Shown here piece after piece: positions 42,113 to 50,556 of a stretch of DNA of 57,697 nt. Numbering within the stretch: position 1 is the stretch's first letter; every line of letters starts with the position of its first letter. A model generated the notes under the pieces. It made no database searches and was not told the origin of the DNA. It saw nothing but the letters and a program-made list of their open reading frames with translations. This DNA is from a virus. The stretch spans positions 1-57,697 of IMG/VR virus record IMGVR_UViG_3300045988_023664. One strand, given 5' to 3'. The position numbers were made by a program, and so were the translations under genes.

Positions 42113-42532
42113 TTACGCTTCACGGACAGCAATTAAGTTACTGTTCTGAACCTCAATAGCCTGTGTAGATGTATTCTGCACCGCTACTGTACTGCAACAG
42201 CCGCAAGGTACATCAACATATGCTTGTGCCGATACGTTAAATAAGTTTTCAACAGCGGCTGGTGTAACAATCATTCTTGTAGACTGCAAAGGTTCTCCGT
42301 CCACTGCGATAGCAAGTGAGATAGCTTCTACTGTGCCGCCTGTAGGTATCTGAATATTGCCACTATACGATACTAAAAATCGTGCCTTGCATTGATTTGT
42401 AATACCTCTTAGCTTGATAATTCCGCTGCCCTGTCTGTGTACGATGCACTTACTACCGCAAACTGGTGTTTCTGTAAATGCCACATCTTCTCCGGCGGCA
42501 ACTGTTTGTAATGCGATTCCTGTAATTTCCAT
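42113..42532 (-). CDS. Beta-rich protein with a BclA-C-terminal/TNF-like jelly-roll flavour (139 aa)
   Basis: ATG at 42532 after AGAGAGG. The pattern V.F......G.......G.I.L.G.....F.V.Y.G.I........A..LAI.V.G... is only a recollection-level resemblance. Confidence 0.55.
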   Translation of the reverse strand: MEITGIALQTVAAGEDVAFTETPVCGSKCIVHRQGSGIIKLRGITNQCKARFLVSYSGNIQIPTGGTVEAISLAIAVDGEPLQSTRMIVTPAAVENLFNVSAQAYVDVPCGCCSTVAVQNTSTQAIEVQNSNLIAVREA

Positions 42533-42551
42533 TGTCTTTACCTCTCTTTCT

Positions 42552-42585
42552 AAAAAATAAGGGCAAACCATATAAGCCTGCCCTT
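42552..42585 (-). terminator. Intrinsic terminator (AAGGGC-N15-GCCCTT followed by ATTTTTT on the minus strand)
   Basis: It ends about 20 nt upstream of the start at 42532. Confidence 0.55.
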
Positions 42586-42629
42586 TAAATTTAAGTAATA
42601 CTGCTTAGCAGACATAATCTTTCGAGTTT

Positions 42630-42745
42630 TCTTTCGAGTTAAACTCGATACTTAACTCAATTAAATTGAGTTAAATCGAGTTAAATTAAATTAAACCGAG
42701 TTAAACCAAGAATTAAACCGATTAAAATTGATTAAGATACTTGTT
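42630..42745. repeat. Cluster of GAGTTAAA/TTTAACTC motifs with nested palindromes
   Basis: At least 5 copies of (c)gagttaaa. A perfect 11-bp inverted repeat ttaactcaatt-a-aattgagttaa and the palindrome cgagttaaactcg are present. Flanking gcttagcag palindromes occur. Confidence 0.85.
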
Positions 42746-42759
42746 AATTATTCAGTTGT

Positions 42760-43539
42760 TTAGCAGCCGCAACCTGTATTGCATCCGCATCCGTAAGCAT
42801 ATCCGTAAAGGTTGCTTGCCGGGAATGATGGTACTGGTGTAGGTCTTACAGCATCAATAATCTGATTTGTCTGTGCTGCCATTGTGGTAGTCAGAAGTGC
42901 ATTCTGTCTATCCTGTGAAGCAGCTCTGCGTAAATCATTGTTCTCTGCCTGTAATGTAGCTATCTTGTCATTAGTCAGGAAATCAAGAATAGCTCTCGTT
43001 CCTGCCTGCTGGCTGTCAATAATATCTCTTGTATTATTATTCATTGTGTTCTGCAAAGCACAGGTGTTAGTTGCCATATTGTAGTTTACACCCTGAATAG
43101 CTTCTCTTGTCTCACAGCAACAGTTGGCAAGCTGTGACTGTAAAGCGTTGGTATTCTGCATATTAGCAACTGTATCAGCGTTAATAGCCTGCTGGATGCC
43201 GTAGCCTGTCTGCATAATGTTTGTATTTATGCCATTGAAGCCTGTGAGCATACTGTTGTTCATAGCGTAGAAGCCGTCACATAAGCCGTTGGAAATGCCA
43301 TCTAACTTACTGACAACTGCCGAATTGTCGAAGCCTCTCTGAATGTCAGCCTGTGTCGCATATCCCTGTAATGCTCCGCCATTACCGCCAAATCCGCCAA
43401 AGCCACCACCCCAGCCACCAAATATTGCAAAGATTACAACAATGAACCAAAGCCATCCGCCATCTCCCCAGCCATTGTTATTGTTGTTACCATCAATATT
43501 TGCAACAAGTGGCACACTGGCACAATTTGAATTAAACAT
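42760..43539 (-). CDS. Membrane protein with a Gly-rich TM region, Cys-containing Asn/Gln-rich repeats and a GCGCNTGCGC tail
   Basis: ATG at 43539 after GGAGGT. Contains WLWFIVVIFAIFGGWGGGFGGFGGNGG..., CDGFY, CCCETREA, and the C-terminal YGCGCNTGCGC. Confidence 0.65.
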   Translation of the reverse strand: MFNSNCASVPLVANIDGNNNNNGWGDGGWLWFIVVIFAIFGGWGGGFGGFGGNGGALQGYATQADIQRGFDNSAVVSKLDGISNGLCDGFYAMNNSMLTGFNGINTNIMQTGYGIQQAINADTVANMQNTNALQSQLANCCCETREAIQGVNYNMATNTCALQNTMNNNTRDIIDSQQAGTRAILDFLTNDKIATLQAENNDLRRAASQDRQNALLTTTMAAQTNQIIDAVRPTPVPSFPASNLYGYAYGCGCNTGCGC

Positions 43540-43609
43540 ATTAGTTACCTCCATTAATTTATTCATAAAGATGTCACCCAGGTAATTTGCAAAGACATCT
43601 AATATGCTA

Positions 43610-43840
43610 TTAATTATTAAATCTGCTTTTTATCTGATTAAATACATCATCTGCATTTAATCCTTTTTCCTTACATAAATTTCTAGCCATCTGTTCGATA
43701 CCTTGCATATTGCCTTGCTGTGCCATTTGTATTGTATTTTTCATCATTGGATTGCTCATAAGCTGATTATTGTTCGCTATCTGCTGCAAAAATTGTTGAG
43801 GACCACCTCTCATCATTTGAAAAAGGTTAATTGGATTCAC
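43610..43840 (-). CDS. Small Gln/Asn/Met-rich protein
   Basis: ORF whose start overlaps the upstream stop. Confidence 0.55.
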   Translation of the reverse strand: MNPINLFQMMRGGPQQFLQQIANNNQLMSNPMMKNTIQMAQQGNMQGIEQMARNLCKEKGLNADDVFNQIKSRFNN

Positions 43841-44349
43841 TCTTCATCACCGCCCTTGCTTTGAGCTTTTGAAGTTTTTCTTTGCGCTCCTATAGATTTA
43901 TCAAATCTATTCTCTAACTGCCCTATCTTTTCTGACAGTTCATCAAACTTATTCAGAAATAGTTGTGTGCTTTCGTCTGACAGGTCAAATTTCGATTTTT
44001 TATCATTAGATGATAAATTGTTAGAGTTACTATCCAAACAAGGCTTATAAGTCAAAATACGAGTTGTAAAGTCTGACTGCCATTGTTTGCCGTAAATTTC
44101 TGTTCCGTCAGCTTTTGGAAAATAATAGATATTTCCGTCCATAGGTATATCTACAGCCTTTACAGCTTCTATGCTGTCAACAATTTTTCCCATAACATTC
44201 TGTTGTGATGTTCCCGGCATTTGTGTCGGTAACATTTGCTCCTGTTGCTGGTATCTCTGTATATTTGCCATAGGATTGTATTGATATGTTCCATATTGCG
44301 GTACATATCCATTATTCATCATGGGTGTTGTTTGATAAGGATTGTTCAT
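43837..44349 (-). CDS. Gln/Asn/Tyr-rich N-terminus protein (170 aa)
   Basis: ORF. The start may instead be at the internal Met pair near 44322. Confidence 0.55.
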   Translation of the reverse strand: MNNPYQTTPMMNNGYVPQYGTYQYNPMANIQRYQQQEQMLPTQMPGTSQQNVMGKIVDSIEAVKAVDIPMDGNIYYFPKADGTEIYGKQWQSDFTTRILTYKPCLDSNSNNLSSNDKKSKFDLSDESTQLFLNKFDELSEKIGQLENRFDKSIGAQRKTSKAQSKGGDEE

Positions 44350-44467
44350 TGTCTGCCTCCTCTAAAACCTCTTCAATTGCGTGGATAACAAGAGATAATG
44401 TCACTAAATCAAGTTTCTGTAATTCTTCTTTACTTAAAATCTTTTCTCTAACTTCATCAGAAAACAT
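44312..44467 (-). CDS. Possible 51-aa acidic micro-protein
   Basis: ATG at 44467 after AGAGAGG (8-nt spacer). It overlaps the next gene. Confidence 0.35.
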   Translation of the reverse strand: MFSDEVREKILSKEELQKLDLVTLSLVIHAIEEVLEEADNEQSLSNNTHDE

Positions 44468-44553
44468 TCGCACTACCTCTCTTTCAACTATATTTTTGCA
44501 TAAAAAAAGACGGATTAACCGCCATAAATTAGACAGTTATCCGCCATTCTAAA

Positions 44554-44580
44554 GTAAAAAAATAACGCCCGTACGGCGTT
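44554..44580 (-). terminator. Intrinsic terminator (AACGCC-N5-GGCGTT followed by ATTTTTTT on the minus strand)
   Basis: It lies downstream of the integrase and attP region. Confidence 0.6.
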
Positions 44581-44589
44581 TGCTAAACT

Positions 44590-44812
44590 TCTATGATTAC
44601 TTTCTTGATTACCTCTTTATTTTCTTGCAAAAAGACGATGTTCAAAAAATCTCCTTTCATTCAGTGTTTATGCGGGTTTGCAGTGTTTCTTCTCCTTGGA
44701 AAAATAGCAGGGGATGAGAGAATCGAACTGCATTGACTACTCCCTTATTCCGCTCTATTACTGGGCTTCTGGCTTTGTACCTTGATTACTTTGATTACTT
44801 TGTAATCAAAAT
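44590..44812. other. Candidate attP region: tRNA 3'-end-like core (44707-44728) flanked by TGATTAC arm-type repeats
   Basis: The minus strand reads GTTCGATTCTCTCATCCCCTGC, which looks like a T-loop plus T-stem 3' strand plus acceptor 3' strand. (T)TGATTAC occurs 5 times (44593, 44604, 44781, 44790, and inverted at 44801). Confidence 0.5.
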
Positions 44813-44813
44813 C

Positions 44814-46061
44814 CTAATAATTAATAGCATTATTAACTTGCTCAATCTTAGTTCTATCAGTCTTATTACTGTAAATGTAATATTTTCTTGTTGTCTCAAT
44901 GCTTGTATGCCCCATCATTTCTGTTATAACAGTGTCGCTCACGCAATTATCATACAATGCAACACTGTATGCCCGGCGGACTTTGTGTGTGGAACGATAA
45001 TTAATGTCTAGTGCCTTGCATATCTTATGCAACTTTCTGTTAAATGCTTGTTCCTTTATACGCTCTCCCTTTTCTTCAAACATATAAGTTCCAAAAGGAT
45101 TTAATCTTCGAATTGCCTTAACAGTATTTACAGCTTTATCTGGAATAATTATATCTCTTAATCCTGCGTCAGATTTAGGATAGTCGCTTACTATCTTAGC
45201 CCATTTCCCATTTTCATCTCTGACCTTAATTTCTGTTCTTTGTATAGAAATATAATGCTTAATAGTTCCATCTTTCAGTACAGTGTTGTGAATATCAGAA
45301 AACTTAAGTGATGATAACTCGCCAGCTCTCATTCCACACTCAAACATAAGTAATAATCCCAGGCTCCTTATATCATATCGTTGCCATAGATATTCTGTGA
45401 TTCTTGGAATTTCATCCTCGAAATACACCTGTTCCTCTTTCTTTTTCACATTTTTAGTAAAAGCTCTGCGTGATAAATCCAAGTCTCCCATAAATTGTGT
45501 GATACTTAGATTAGAATACCCCTTTTTCTTGGCATATTTAAAAATGCCATTAATAAGGATTCGCATATCAGAATATGCCTTATGTGTAAGCTTACATTCG
45601 GCAATAACAGTCTTAATAAAGCATTCTAAGTCATCTTCTGTAATGTACTTGATTTTCTTATCTGCCATGTGATATGCTTCATTAGTGAAAAATCTGGCAA
45701 AGTTATCATTATACTTATCATATGACTGTTTCTTGATTTCGTGATAATCAAGTTTTTGGTCTACCCATTCCTTGAATACAGCCTTAACTAAAGGTTCATT
45801 AGCAAGTTTCTTGTAGTGTTCCACAATCCCATCTTCAAGAGACTCTTGCGTTGAACGCTTTAGCAGCTTTCTGCCGCTTGATGTGCTTTCGTCTGGCAAG
45901 TATGTATACCACTTCTTATCCTTTCCTTGCCAGATTTCATTATTGTGTGCTTTTAAATATTTTTTCCTTTCGTTCATTTCAATTTGTTTTTGAACATCGT
46001 CACGAGAGATAATATCATTCTCTAGTACATAATTCAACAATTCCTTGTCTGTTAGCTCCAC
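44814..46061 (-). CDS. int: Tyrosine recombinase / phage integrase
   Basis: The C-terminal catalytic region ...HKVRRAYSVALYD...MGHTSIETTRKYY carries the R..H..R..Y signature context. Confidence 0.9.
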   Translation of the reverse strand: MELTDKELLNYVLENDIISRDDVQKQIEMNERKKYLKAHNNEIWQGKDKKWYTYLPDESTSSGRKLLKRSTQESLEDGIVEHYKKLANEPLVKAVFKEWVDQKLDYHEIKKQSYDKYNDNFARFFTNEAYHMADKKIKYITEDDLECFIKTVIAECKLTHKAYSDMRILINGIFKYAKKKGYSNLSITQFMGDLDLSRRAFTKNVKKKEEQVYFEDEIPRITEYLWQRYDIRSLGLLLMFECGMRAGELSSLKFSDIHNTVLKDGTIKHYISIQRTEIKVRDENGKWAKIVSDYPKSDAGLRDIIIPDKAVNTVKAIRRLNPFGTYMFEEKGERIKEQAFNRKLHKICKALDINYRSTHKVRRAYSVALYDNCVSDTVITEMMGHTSIETTRKYYIYSNKTDRTKIEQVNNAINY

Positions 46062-46264
46062 TCATTTACCACCCTCTCAATCTTATTCTTAATATTCCTC
46101 ACCCGTCTTTCTAATGTTCTTGTAGACATTGACAATCTATGCGCTATCTCCTTTTGTGCAAAATTCCGAGAAAGAAGCGTAAATATTCTCACTTCTTCCT
46201 CGGTAAAATTGGCATTTTCAATAATTCTTTCAAGTTCCGGCTTAGTTAGTTTCGAAAACTTCAT
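46052..46264 (-). CDS. Small sigma-70 region 4 / LuxR-type HTH protein
   Basis: EEEVRIFTLLSRNFAQKEIAHRLSMSTRTLERRVRNIKNKI. Confidence 0.6.
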   Translation of the reverse strand: MKFSKLTKPELERIIENANFTEEEVRIFTLLSRNFAQKEIAHRLSMSTRTLERRVRNIKNKIERVVNEWS

Positions 46265-46276
46265 AAGCCATACTCC

Positions 46277-46549
46277 TTAATATTTAATTTTGATTTTCGT
46301 TTCTTCTTCTAACTGTTCAATAAGTTCTTTTGGGTCTATAAGCCCTGCATTGAAATCTTCATTGAATTTATCGACCTCATCAATAAGCCGTTCTAGTCGC
46401 TTATTTCCAAATCCAAATTTATCGTGCAGCACCCATAACAGAATCGTTAAGGCATTACCAAACATTTCTTTATTTTCTTTGTTCTTTTGTCTGTTTAGCT
46501 GAACTCTCATCATTTGTTCTTGAAATCTTCTTTGCTCTAGCTTGCTCAT
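46277..46549 (-). CDS. Hypothetical protein
   Basis: ATG at 46549 after GAAGTGAGG. It overlaps the upstream tail by 80 nt. Confidence 0.5.
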   Translation of the reverse strand: MSKLEQRRFQEQMMRVQLNRQKNKENKEMFGNALTILLWVLHDKFGFGNKRLERLIDEVDKFNEDFNAGLIDPKELIEQLEEETKIKIKY

Positions 46550-47156
46550 TTTTACGCCTCACTTCTACACTTTTTCTGACATATTCAAGGGATTTATTGT
46601 AATGTATTTTACATAATTTAGTATGATTAAATGCAGGCTTGCCACATAACCAGCATCTGCCATTGGCAACCCATTCTCTTTTTAGCTCAACCTTACAATC
46701 TTTTTGCTTATTGCGTTTTGCATTTCTTACTTTAATACGGCATTTTGTACAAGTTTTATATTTACTATCTGCCTTAACTTTGCCACATTTCACGCATAAC
46801 CCTTTTTCAGCTCGTCTTGTTCTGATTTTCTTCTGTTCAAGCCTATCTCTTGCCTTGAACTCTTCGGGATTAGCATTATACCTAGCAATCCTCTGAGAAT
46901 ATCTTTTTGCAGAACATTCAGGACAAACCCTTTCGTCCCCCATAAGGTTATTATGCCGACATTCAGGGCATATGCCATTATCTTGATACCAGTGTGCAAG
47001 TTCTTTTCTGTTTGCATTAATTCTTTCTCGGCAATCTCTGCATTTAAGTTTTTCTCCATTAAGTGGCTTACCACATTCAACGCATAATCCTGCCTCTTTC
47101 CGCTTATAGTACATTCTCATCTGTGGACTAATTGGCGTTGTTTCCACTAAAATCAA
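46470..47156 (-). CDS. Multi-zinc-ribbon protein (repeated C..C...C..C)
   Basis: Five or more CxxC pairs and a basic C-terminal tail. Confidence 0.6.
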   Translation of the reverse strand: MILVETTPISPQMRMYYKRKEAGLCVECGKPLNGEKLKCRDCRERINANRKELAHWYQDNGICPECRHNNLMGDERVCPECSAKRYSQRIARYNANPEEFKARDRLEQKKIRTRRAEKGLCVKCGKVKADSKYKTCTKCRIKVRNAKRNKQKDCKVELKREWVANGRCWLCGKPAFNHTKLCKIHYNKSLEYVRKSVEVRRKNEQARAKKISRTNDESSAKQTKEQRK

Positions 47157-47815
47157 CCTCTCATTCTGTTAATTCTATCTTGTATATCTTGAGGTGCTTC
47201 AATATAATTCTCTGCGTTTATATTCTGACCAACAAGGGCATTTTCTTTAATTTGTAATGTATTTATATCTCTTTGGAATTTTTGCTCGATTTGAGCCTTA
47301 TACGAATTTGCATTCGTCTTTTCGATAAGTGATTTGATATTGTCTGGCATACGATTTATTTCATTCGCACGCTTAACAATTGTTTCGTAGGTTCTTAGAA
47401 AATTTGATTGTATTACTGTTTCTATTGTCTGATAGTCTGATGTCGCCCAGTTTTTGAGGTTGTCAGGCATCCCAACCGCTTGTTTTACAAGTGGCGGTAG
47501 TTTGTTAAATTCTTCAACTGCCCCATAAGTACCATTTCTTAAAGCCTTGCTAACTAATCCCCAAGCTGTCATTCCGTCAAGTTCCTGCGGCTGTGATACA
47601 AGTTGCATCTTAGCAACGATTTCTCCTACGCTTGGTGCGAATCCGCTTGTATTAGATGTAATGTATGCTTTTAAAGCAACAGCCACTTGCTCGCAACTAT
47701 ATTCTTCTAACATCACTTGCCACGCATCAATTGTCCTTGATAAATCTTCGGGTTTGAAATTCGGGTAGCAATCACAAATGATATGAATTATTTCAACCGT
47801 TTCTTCTCTTGTCAA
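47153..47815 (-). CDS. Replicative helicase loader/inhibitor-like (G39P-like N-domain)
   Basis: VEIIHIICDCYPNFKPEDLSRTIDAWQVMLEEYSCEQVAVALKAYI resembles the G39P family. Confidence 0.5.
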   Translation of the reverse strand: MTREETVEIIHIICDCYPNFKPEDLSRTIDAWQVMLEEYSCEQVAVALKAYITSNTSGFAPSVGEIVAKMQLVSQPQELDGMTAWGLVSKALRNGTYGAVEEFNKLPPLVKQAVGMPDNLKNWATSDYQTIETVIQSNFLRTYETIVKRANEINRMPDNIKSLIEKTNANSYKAQIEQKFQRDINTLQIKENALVGQNINAENYIEAPQDIQDRINRMRG

Positions 47816-47821
47816 TCGGTA

Positions 47822-48490
47822 TCACACCTCCTGTGGCTTCTCGCACCGCTCAAATTCAATCACCCACACCCACGGATTTGCATCCCAGCCGTAGCGGTCA
47901 AGGTCGGATTTTTTGATGGTGGAGTTCCATAATTTTTTAAACTTTGCCAATGCATGGTTTAAATTAATGCATAATCTTGTGTCTATTCCTTCTTTTGCCG
48001 CATCCATCTTATCCATGTCCTGCAACCGCTGCACTCTCACATCCGTAACCTTAAGCCAGATACGCGCCGCTTCTTTCGGCATGTGGATAGATGGATGCCA
48101 CCTTGCATCTCCTGATATTTCATCTGTTGCTCGATACATATAACAGCCACAACTTTTGTTCAAAACACTCTGTTGCGGTTCCTTGCAGCAATTCCCATGT
48201 TCATCACCTTCGCAACAATGACATTCAAAATGTTCCCATGTTTCCCGGACATAAAGGATATCGCCCGGCTGATAAGGTGGTTTCGCGTATTGAATCGAAC
48301 CGCCTAACTCACTTGTTCCAAATCCGAATAAGCCAATATTTTTTCTTTCTGTGCTGTCAATCACAAACCCTAATGGATATGTATGCTTCTCGTCCGGCTG
48401 TGGCTTTACCAGCCGTCTTGTGCAACTCTTTCTCCCATCCAAAATCGCCCGAACCATCTCGGCATTGAATAAAATTGGTTTAATTGCCAT
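47822..48490 (-). CDS. ASCH-like domain protein
   Basis: KPILFNAEMVRAILDGRKSCTRRLVKP is a typical N-terminus of this phage family. Confidence 0.5.
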   Translation of the reverse strand: MAIKPILFNAEMVRAILDGRKSCTRRLVKPQPDEKHTYPLGFVIDSTERKNIGLFGFGTSELGGSIQYAKPPYQPGDILYVRETWEHFECHCCEGDEHGNCCKEPQQSVLNKSCGCYMYRATDEISGDARWHPSIHMPKEAARIWLKVTDVRVQRLQDMDKMDAAKEGIDTRLCINLNHALAKFKKLWNSTIKKSDLDRYGWDANPWVWVIEFERCEKPQEV

Positions 48491-48719
48491 CTACTCCACC
48501 ACCTTTCGTAATCTCGATTGCTTTATCAATAAAATAATTTGGGTCATAATCTTGCAATGGGTCTTCACATTCTTTTCTAAGTTCTTCCAACTGCTCCACA
48601 GCCTTGTCTACATCGTAGGCGGTCGGCTGCGCATCCACAAAATCAAGAATTGCTTTCATTTGACTTTTGTTGTACTTTTGCCCTTCAAAATTCAGATTGT
48701 CTGCATCAATCAATCTCAT
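48480..48719 (-). CDS. Hypothetical protein, paralog of 52057..52314
   Basis: Shares M.LIDAD.L...PTAYDVDK.VEQL...IEI.K.GG.D with the second copy. Confidence 0.55.
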   Translation of the reverse strand: MRLIDADNLNFEGQKYNKSQMKAILDFVDAQPTAYDVDKAVEQLEELRKECEDPLQDYDPNYFIDKAIEITKGGGVDGN

Positions 48720-48732
48720 TCTTCACGCTCCT

Positions 48733-49485
48733 TTATACTTTGCTCCAATCAATCCCATTCTCAAATCCTTGTCTATCTTGCTTGCTGTCGCTTTTCAGTT
48801 CAAACAATCCTTGCCAGCAATGGTCTACGGATTGATTAAGAATTTTAACTGCCAAATCATTATCTCCACCCGATAGCTTTTCAAGAGTATTCATAGCTCT
48901 ATGCAATGCCTTGTCGGTGCATAGAGGCTTCTTAATTTTCTTACGCATTGTCACATATTCATTAAATGCTTCATCAAGCAATTCATCATTGGGATAATAG
49001 CTTTTCTTTTGAGATATTGATTTATCAATATCTTTTTCTATATTCTTGTCTTTTTTAATTTCTTCCGTTCTTTCATTCTTACTTTCTTTTAATATAGAGT
49101 TTGTTAATAGAATGTTATCTGTTTGTTGATTGTTTGTTAAGTCGCTTGTTATTTGTTTGTTATCTTGCTTGTTATCCGTTTGATACAAATTGTAGTTAAC
49201 CACAGTAAATATCGTGAATTTGTTTGTTGCTTTGCTTGTTATTTCGCCTGTTAATTGCAAGTGTTTTAGTGAGGTACGAATTTCCATTACAGACAAATTA
49301 GTTTCTTTTGATAATTCAGATATTGAAGAGGGGAAAGACCCTCTTTCAATTATCTTGCCTTTATAATTTCCGTCTTTCCAATAGGCACTTATCAACATAT
49401 ACATAAAAAGTCTGAATGTATTAATATCGCTCCACCATTCCCACTTTAAAATCTTTCTGTCAATTTTAATAAAATTGCCTGCCAT
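48733..49485 (-). CDS. Replisome organizer / DnaD-like protein
   Basis: FIKIDRKILKWEWWSDINTFRLFMYMLISA...SISELSKETNLSVMEIRTSLKHLQLTGEI. Confidence 0.65.
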   Translation of the reverse strand: MAGNFIKIDRKILKWEWWSDINTFRLFMYMLISAYWKDGNYKGKIIERGSFPSSISELSKETNLSVMEIRTSLKHLQLTGEITSKATNKFTIFTVVNYNLYQTDNKQDNKQITSDLTNNQQTDNILLTNSILKESKNERTEEIKKDKNIEKDIDKSISQKKSYYPNDELLDEAFNEYVTMRKKIKKPLCTDKALHRAMNTLEKLSGGDNDLAVKILNQSVDHCWQGLFELKSDSKQDRQGFENGIDWSKV

Positions 49486-49513
49486 AATTACCTCTTCAAG
49501 TTCTGTCTATTTC

Positions 49514-49708
49514 TTACCTCACTAAATCGTTGATATTAACCCTAAATCCGTCAAACTCCTTGCCTTTGCTTCTGACATAGACAGTTGTATCAAAGAACAT
49601 CAAGTTACCCTCTCTATCTGTTGCCATACTTACACCATTCCTGATAAGGCTACCTTTTAGCAAGTCAAGGACTATTTGTATTTCCTGTTTTGTATCGTCT
49701 GTCATCAC
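49514..49708 (-). CDS. Hypothetical protein
   Basis: ORF in an operon. Confidence 0.5.
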   Translation of the reverse strand: MMTDDTKQEIQIVLDLLKGSLIRNGVSMATDREGNLMFFDTTVYVRSKGKEFDGFRVNINDLVR

Positions 49709-49965
49709 TTGCTTTCCTTTCTCTTAAAATCCTCACAAGGCACTGTTTTACTGCAAGCATAAATATCTGTTCCAATTGAATTTCTTACTCTCAAATAGCC
49801 AAACTCGCAAATGTTACAAAAGTGACTTCCCTCATTACTTTTACAATCATTAGGCTTATCTTCTTTCATTTCATCAAGTTTTCTATTCATGCAGTCATTA
49901 TCTTTAGTAAGAGTATCTATCTTGTTCACAAGACGATGATATTCTTTATTATTTAAAATCTTCAT
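49705..49965 (-). CDS. Hypothetical Cys-containing protein
   Basis: ORF in an operon. Confidence 0.5.
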   Translation of the reverse strand: MKILNNKEYHRLVNKIDTLTKDNDCMNRKLDEMKEDKPNDCKSNEGSHFCNICEFGYLRVRNSIGTDIYACSKTVPCEDFKRKESK

Positions 49966-50264
49966 TCTGAATCACCCACTTTCACACAATCACTTCTAAG
50001 CATATCTGCCTTGATTAACTCGTAGATAATATCAAGGTAAGTTCTGTTGTCTCTATATCTGCAATTTGCTTCTTTGTGGATTCTTGGGTCATTATCCCTC
50101 CAATCATTAACGCTAAAATATGCATCACTTACATAAAGCATTTTTATGCCCTTAGCAATGCAAAGATAATAACAATCATGCTTGCCATATACGCCCTTGC
50201 ATTTCTTGAAGCCGAACTTCTCAAACTCATTAGTTTTAACTGTTGGTATCAGCATTGCTTTCAC
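49962..50264 (-). CDS. Hypothetical protein
   Basis: ORF in an operon. Confidence 0.5.
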   Translation of the reverse strand: MKAMLIPTVKTNEFEKFGFKKCKGVYGKHDCYYLCIAKGIKMLYVSDAYFSVNDWRDNDPRIHKEANCRYRDNRTYLDIIYELIKADMLRSDCVKVGDSE

Positions 50265-50556
50265 CTACTTTCTCAAAAGGAACACCTCTCAAATGTCCGT
50301 CAAGGTCTAATTCCGTTCCGTCAATATTTCCATTCAACTTGTTTTGACAATGACATAATAATGTTTCAAGGTCACAAATTCTACCTGCCCTATATTCATC
50401 TCTTATAAAGTCAAGAACTCTGTTCACACTTTCTATTCTGTATATTGCTATGAGTTCTGCATAATTATTAAAGTGTTTATTGGCAAGTTCTCTATATTCT
50501 TCGCCCTTTTTATACTCATCATTCGCTTTAGATAAATATTCTTCTGCACTCGTCAT
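50236..50556 (-). CDS. Hypothetical protein
   Basis: ORF in an operon. Confidence 0.5.
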   Translation of the reverse strand: MTSAEEYLSKANDEYKKGEEYRELANKHFNNYAELIAIYRIESVNRVLDFIRDEYRAGRICDLETLLCHCQNKLNGNIDGTELDLDGHLRGVPFEKVGESNADTNS

